NCBI RefSeq assembly: GCF_963921235.1
Contig: NC_086118.1
Location: 19,408,001-19,472,000, forward strand
From: Mobula hypostoma
Lineage: Eukaryota
Length of the DNA stretch: 64,000 bases
Direction of reading: 5' to 3'
The translations under genes and the position numbers were made by a program. The notes under the pieces were generated by a model. It saw nothing but the letters and a program-made list of their open reading frames with translations, ran no database searches and had not been told where the DNA came from. Below, in pieces: positions 61,701 to 64,000 of the stretch (its first letter is position 1; every line of letters begins with the position of its first letter).

Positions 61701-62044
61701 TTTGGCTGATCATATCCAACAGTTGACGGATAAGATATATAAGGTCAGAGATCAGCTCCATAACTCCCCGGGAGGGAGTTGGTGACCCTTTGGAGAACTA
61801 GAAGGCTGGTAGGCGGCTGTCATTCACTGGGTGCTACTGTAGCATTTTGCTTTTATGCTCAGTGATTTTGCAATTTGCTTGGAATATGGTGTGGTGTCCA
61901 TGGGGTTGAATGAAAGCTTTCAGGCTGAAGGTAATGGTGTTGTGACATTCAAGGGGTGGAATATATTGTAAAGGGTTAATTTATGTGCATTTTGAATGTC
62001 TCACAAATACTGTGGCTTGAACGTAACAGAACTTTGGTTACTAC
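58731..62044 (+). mobile_element. Internally deleted endogenous retrovirus, class III (ERV-S/ERV-L-like) with env
   Basis: 5' LTR 58731-58967 matches the 3' LTR start 61967-62044. PBS tggcacagtcggca(aa)ggat at 58971 (tRNA-Ser type); PPT aaggggtgga at 61951. Gag YRLKSGESSAAWLLRI*D; RNaseH PLRFWTKTLPGAATRYSPFERQLLA. Confidence 0.88.
60947..61920 (+). pseudogene. env: Retroviral env, disrupted
   Basis: Acceptor ttttccttcatttcag at 60938, then signal peptide MILLLLLATTVMV; ISD QNRMVLDYIL at 61591 and C-X6-C (CAMIG*GCHTYIPD); hydrophobic TM-like stretch ~61820-61880. Confidence 0.85.
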
Positions 62045-63350
62045 TGTAGTGCATTTAGTATTTCAGTAATGTTTAAGTAATACTGTTCAATAAAACATTG
62101 TTTGTTTACGTAATTCATTGCAGGTTACATGTAAGAAGTATGTGAATGGCATATATCATCACACCAGCATGCCATCTTTGAAAACCGTACTAAAGAGAAA
62201 CTAAGTAGTCCTGTATCCTGGATTCTTCGTTTATCTTTCGATTAGATTACAAAACATAACAGTGGCGTGAGGAAGTTTTAAAATGAACCCAAGATGACTA
62301 CCTGCTGTACCTATTGAGGTGCAACATGTTTTTTCTTCGCAAAGGGGGACAGATGTTTGAGTTTAAAAGAAAAGCGCAGCTCATAGTTCTTCAGCAGGAA
62401 TGAGATAGATTTGAGTTTTTAAAAAAGGCAAAAAATGGATGAAATTCAATGGTTCATAAACAGTGATAATAATAATAAATTTAAAAAGCAGAAATGCCTG
62501 GTTACATTAGAAAGATAGATGGAGTTGATTGCACAACAGATATCTGGTTGACATATACTGAATGAATTGAACAGTATTTTAAAGGGAAATAGAATAGCTA
62601 ATAAGAAATGATCATTAGTTTTGCTTAATGCAATAAGTGGTAAAATATACAGTTTGCTTAGAAATTTAACTGCTCCAACCAAACCAGCTGAAATAAGTTT
62701 TGCTGTATCATAAATATAATACAGGAGAATCTAGAACCAAAACTATTGTATATTGCAGAATGCTTTAGGTTTCACAAGCAGAATCAAGAAGAAGGGCAGT
62801 CCATTTCAGTATACATGGCTAAATTCAAAAAATTGTCCAAGTGCCGTCAGTTCTGTGATGGGATTAATGAGGCAATGGGAGATCATCTAGTTTGTGGAAT
62901 CTTACAAGAAACCATTCAAAAACATCTCCTAACTGAAGCACAACTCACATTATCAGAGCAGTTGAAATCGCTGTATCAATAAAAACAGCAGCCAGAGATA
63001 CAACTGAGTTACGGTCAGCAATCAAAGTGAGTGTGAACAAAATTGCAATGTCTAAACAGAAACCTGCCTGGGTGAGCAATTATGTTACTATTGTGGCAGG
63101 GGCTCACATACACCAGACCAATACAGTCTTAGGGTGAAACTTGCAGAAAATTCAGCAACGTAGGACAGCTACAAAGAGCATGTTGGGTAGACAGAAATAA
63201 ATGGACTGCACAGGGAAGAGATAAAGATAAAAAGTTAAGTTGCAGTTTCATAAAGAGCAAAATCTACATGTTGTTGATGAAAAATCTGATAGTGATGAGA
63301 GTGACACAAGACTGAATAGCCTTGAGGTTTAAAATGTGAAAACTAACAAG
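62045..63350 (+). mobile_element. Gypsy (K02A2.6-like) LTR + gag, same family as 3603-6326, inserted into the ERV 3' LTR
   Basis: LTR tgtagtg...aaaacataaca (62045-62261); PBS-like tggcgtgagga; gag IAECFRFHKQNQEEGQSI..DHLVCG; collinear with 3880-4745. Confidence 0.88.
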
Positions 63351-64000
63351 CCGCATATTGGGCAAGGCTACAATGGTGCTAGAGAACAGCTTCTTCAAGC
63401 TCATCTGCGGAAATAGCTTAATTTTTACATTAATGTCTTTTTTCCTTTTCAAGGTGGATGGGGTTCTTTCAAAGTCCCTGATCTATAGCTGCACTCAAGC
63501 TTCAGTGCTTTTTGGCGTTGGGTCCTGTTCCCAGGGCTCACCGACTGGCTGTTTTTTGATATCCCAAGGACATGGCCTAGAAGCTGAGCGCACCCTCGGG
63601 GTGCTGAGGCTGTGAGGCCCTTGTGATGAGTATATTCTATGTCAGTGTCACCAGCTGAGGTATTGTAGAGGAAAACAGAAGAACAGGAACAACAGCTCGG
63701 CTATCGGAGATCTCTGTACTCGGTGAATTGACCAGTCTCTTTCTCTTTTCCTCAATGGTGGGAGAGAGCTCGTTGCCAATTCTCAAGTCAGAGAACTCAG
63801 AAAAAAAGCGACGCAGCAGACTTTAACATCATAAGCAGCAAGAGGTCTTTTTTTTGACTTGTTAAACTCCCCTTTCACTGGGTGACAACCCTGCCTCTTT
63901 ACTAGAGAGATGTAGCCTGTGGCATGTCAAGTTATTGGGTGAATGATTAGTTTTTGTTGCACTGCCAATCATGGTCTTTCTGAGGGGCTTTGCTATTGCT
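63350..64000 (+). repeat. Non-autonomous retroposon, same family as 1643-2080, truncated by window end
   Basis: Shared motifs with 1680-1870. Confidence 0.55.

Noticed and set aside
418..63615. Most of the short six-frame ORFs
   Set aside because: Antisense or out-of-frame shadows of transposon sequence, many starting at non-ATG codons

Overview
Repeat-dense vertebrate genomic DNA. The repeat repertoire suggests a cartilaginous fish such as a ray (inference). Most of the window is decayed, heavily nested transposable elements: Gypsy LTR elements of two lineages (sushi/Tf2-like and K02A2.6/Mag-like), CR1, Rex1/Babar, L2 and HERO LINEs, Penelope elements with minimal hammerhead ribozyme motifs, Tc1 and mariner DNA transposons, tRNA-derived SINEs, and a deleted class III-like endogenous retrovirus with env. 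The most notable observations are four. (1) An intronless RBM25 fragment is captured between the two LTRs of a Gypsy element (3603-6326), replacing most of pol. (2) A Ser-tRNA-primed ERV-S-like provirus has ERV-L-type gag/RNaseH and a gamma-type env (58731-62044). (3) A chain of short, phase-compatible + strand exons (29748-54346) suggests the 5' end of an unidentified host gene. (4) A HERO LINE 3' tip is embedded in a solo LTR. Family calls come from recognised motifs, not database searches, and element boundaries without a stated TSD are approximate.
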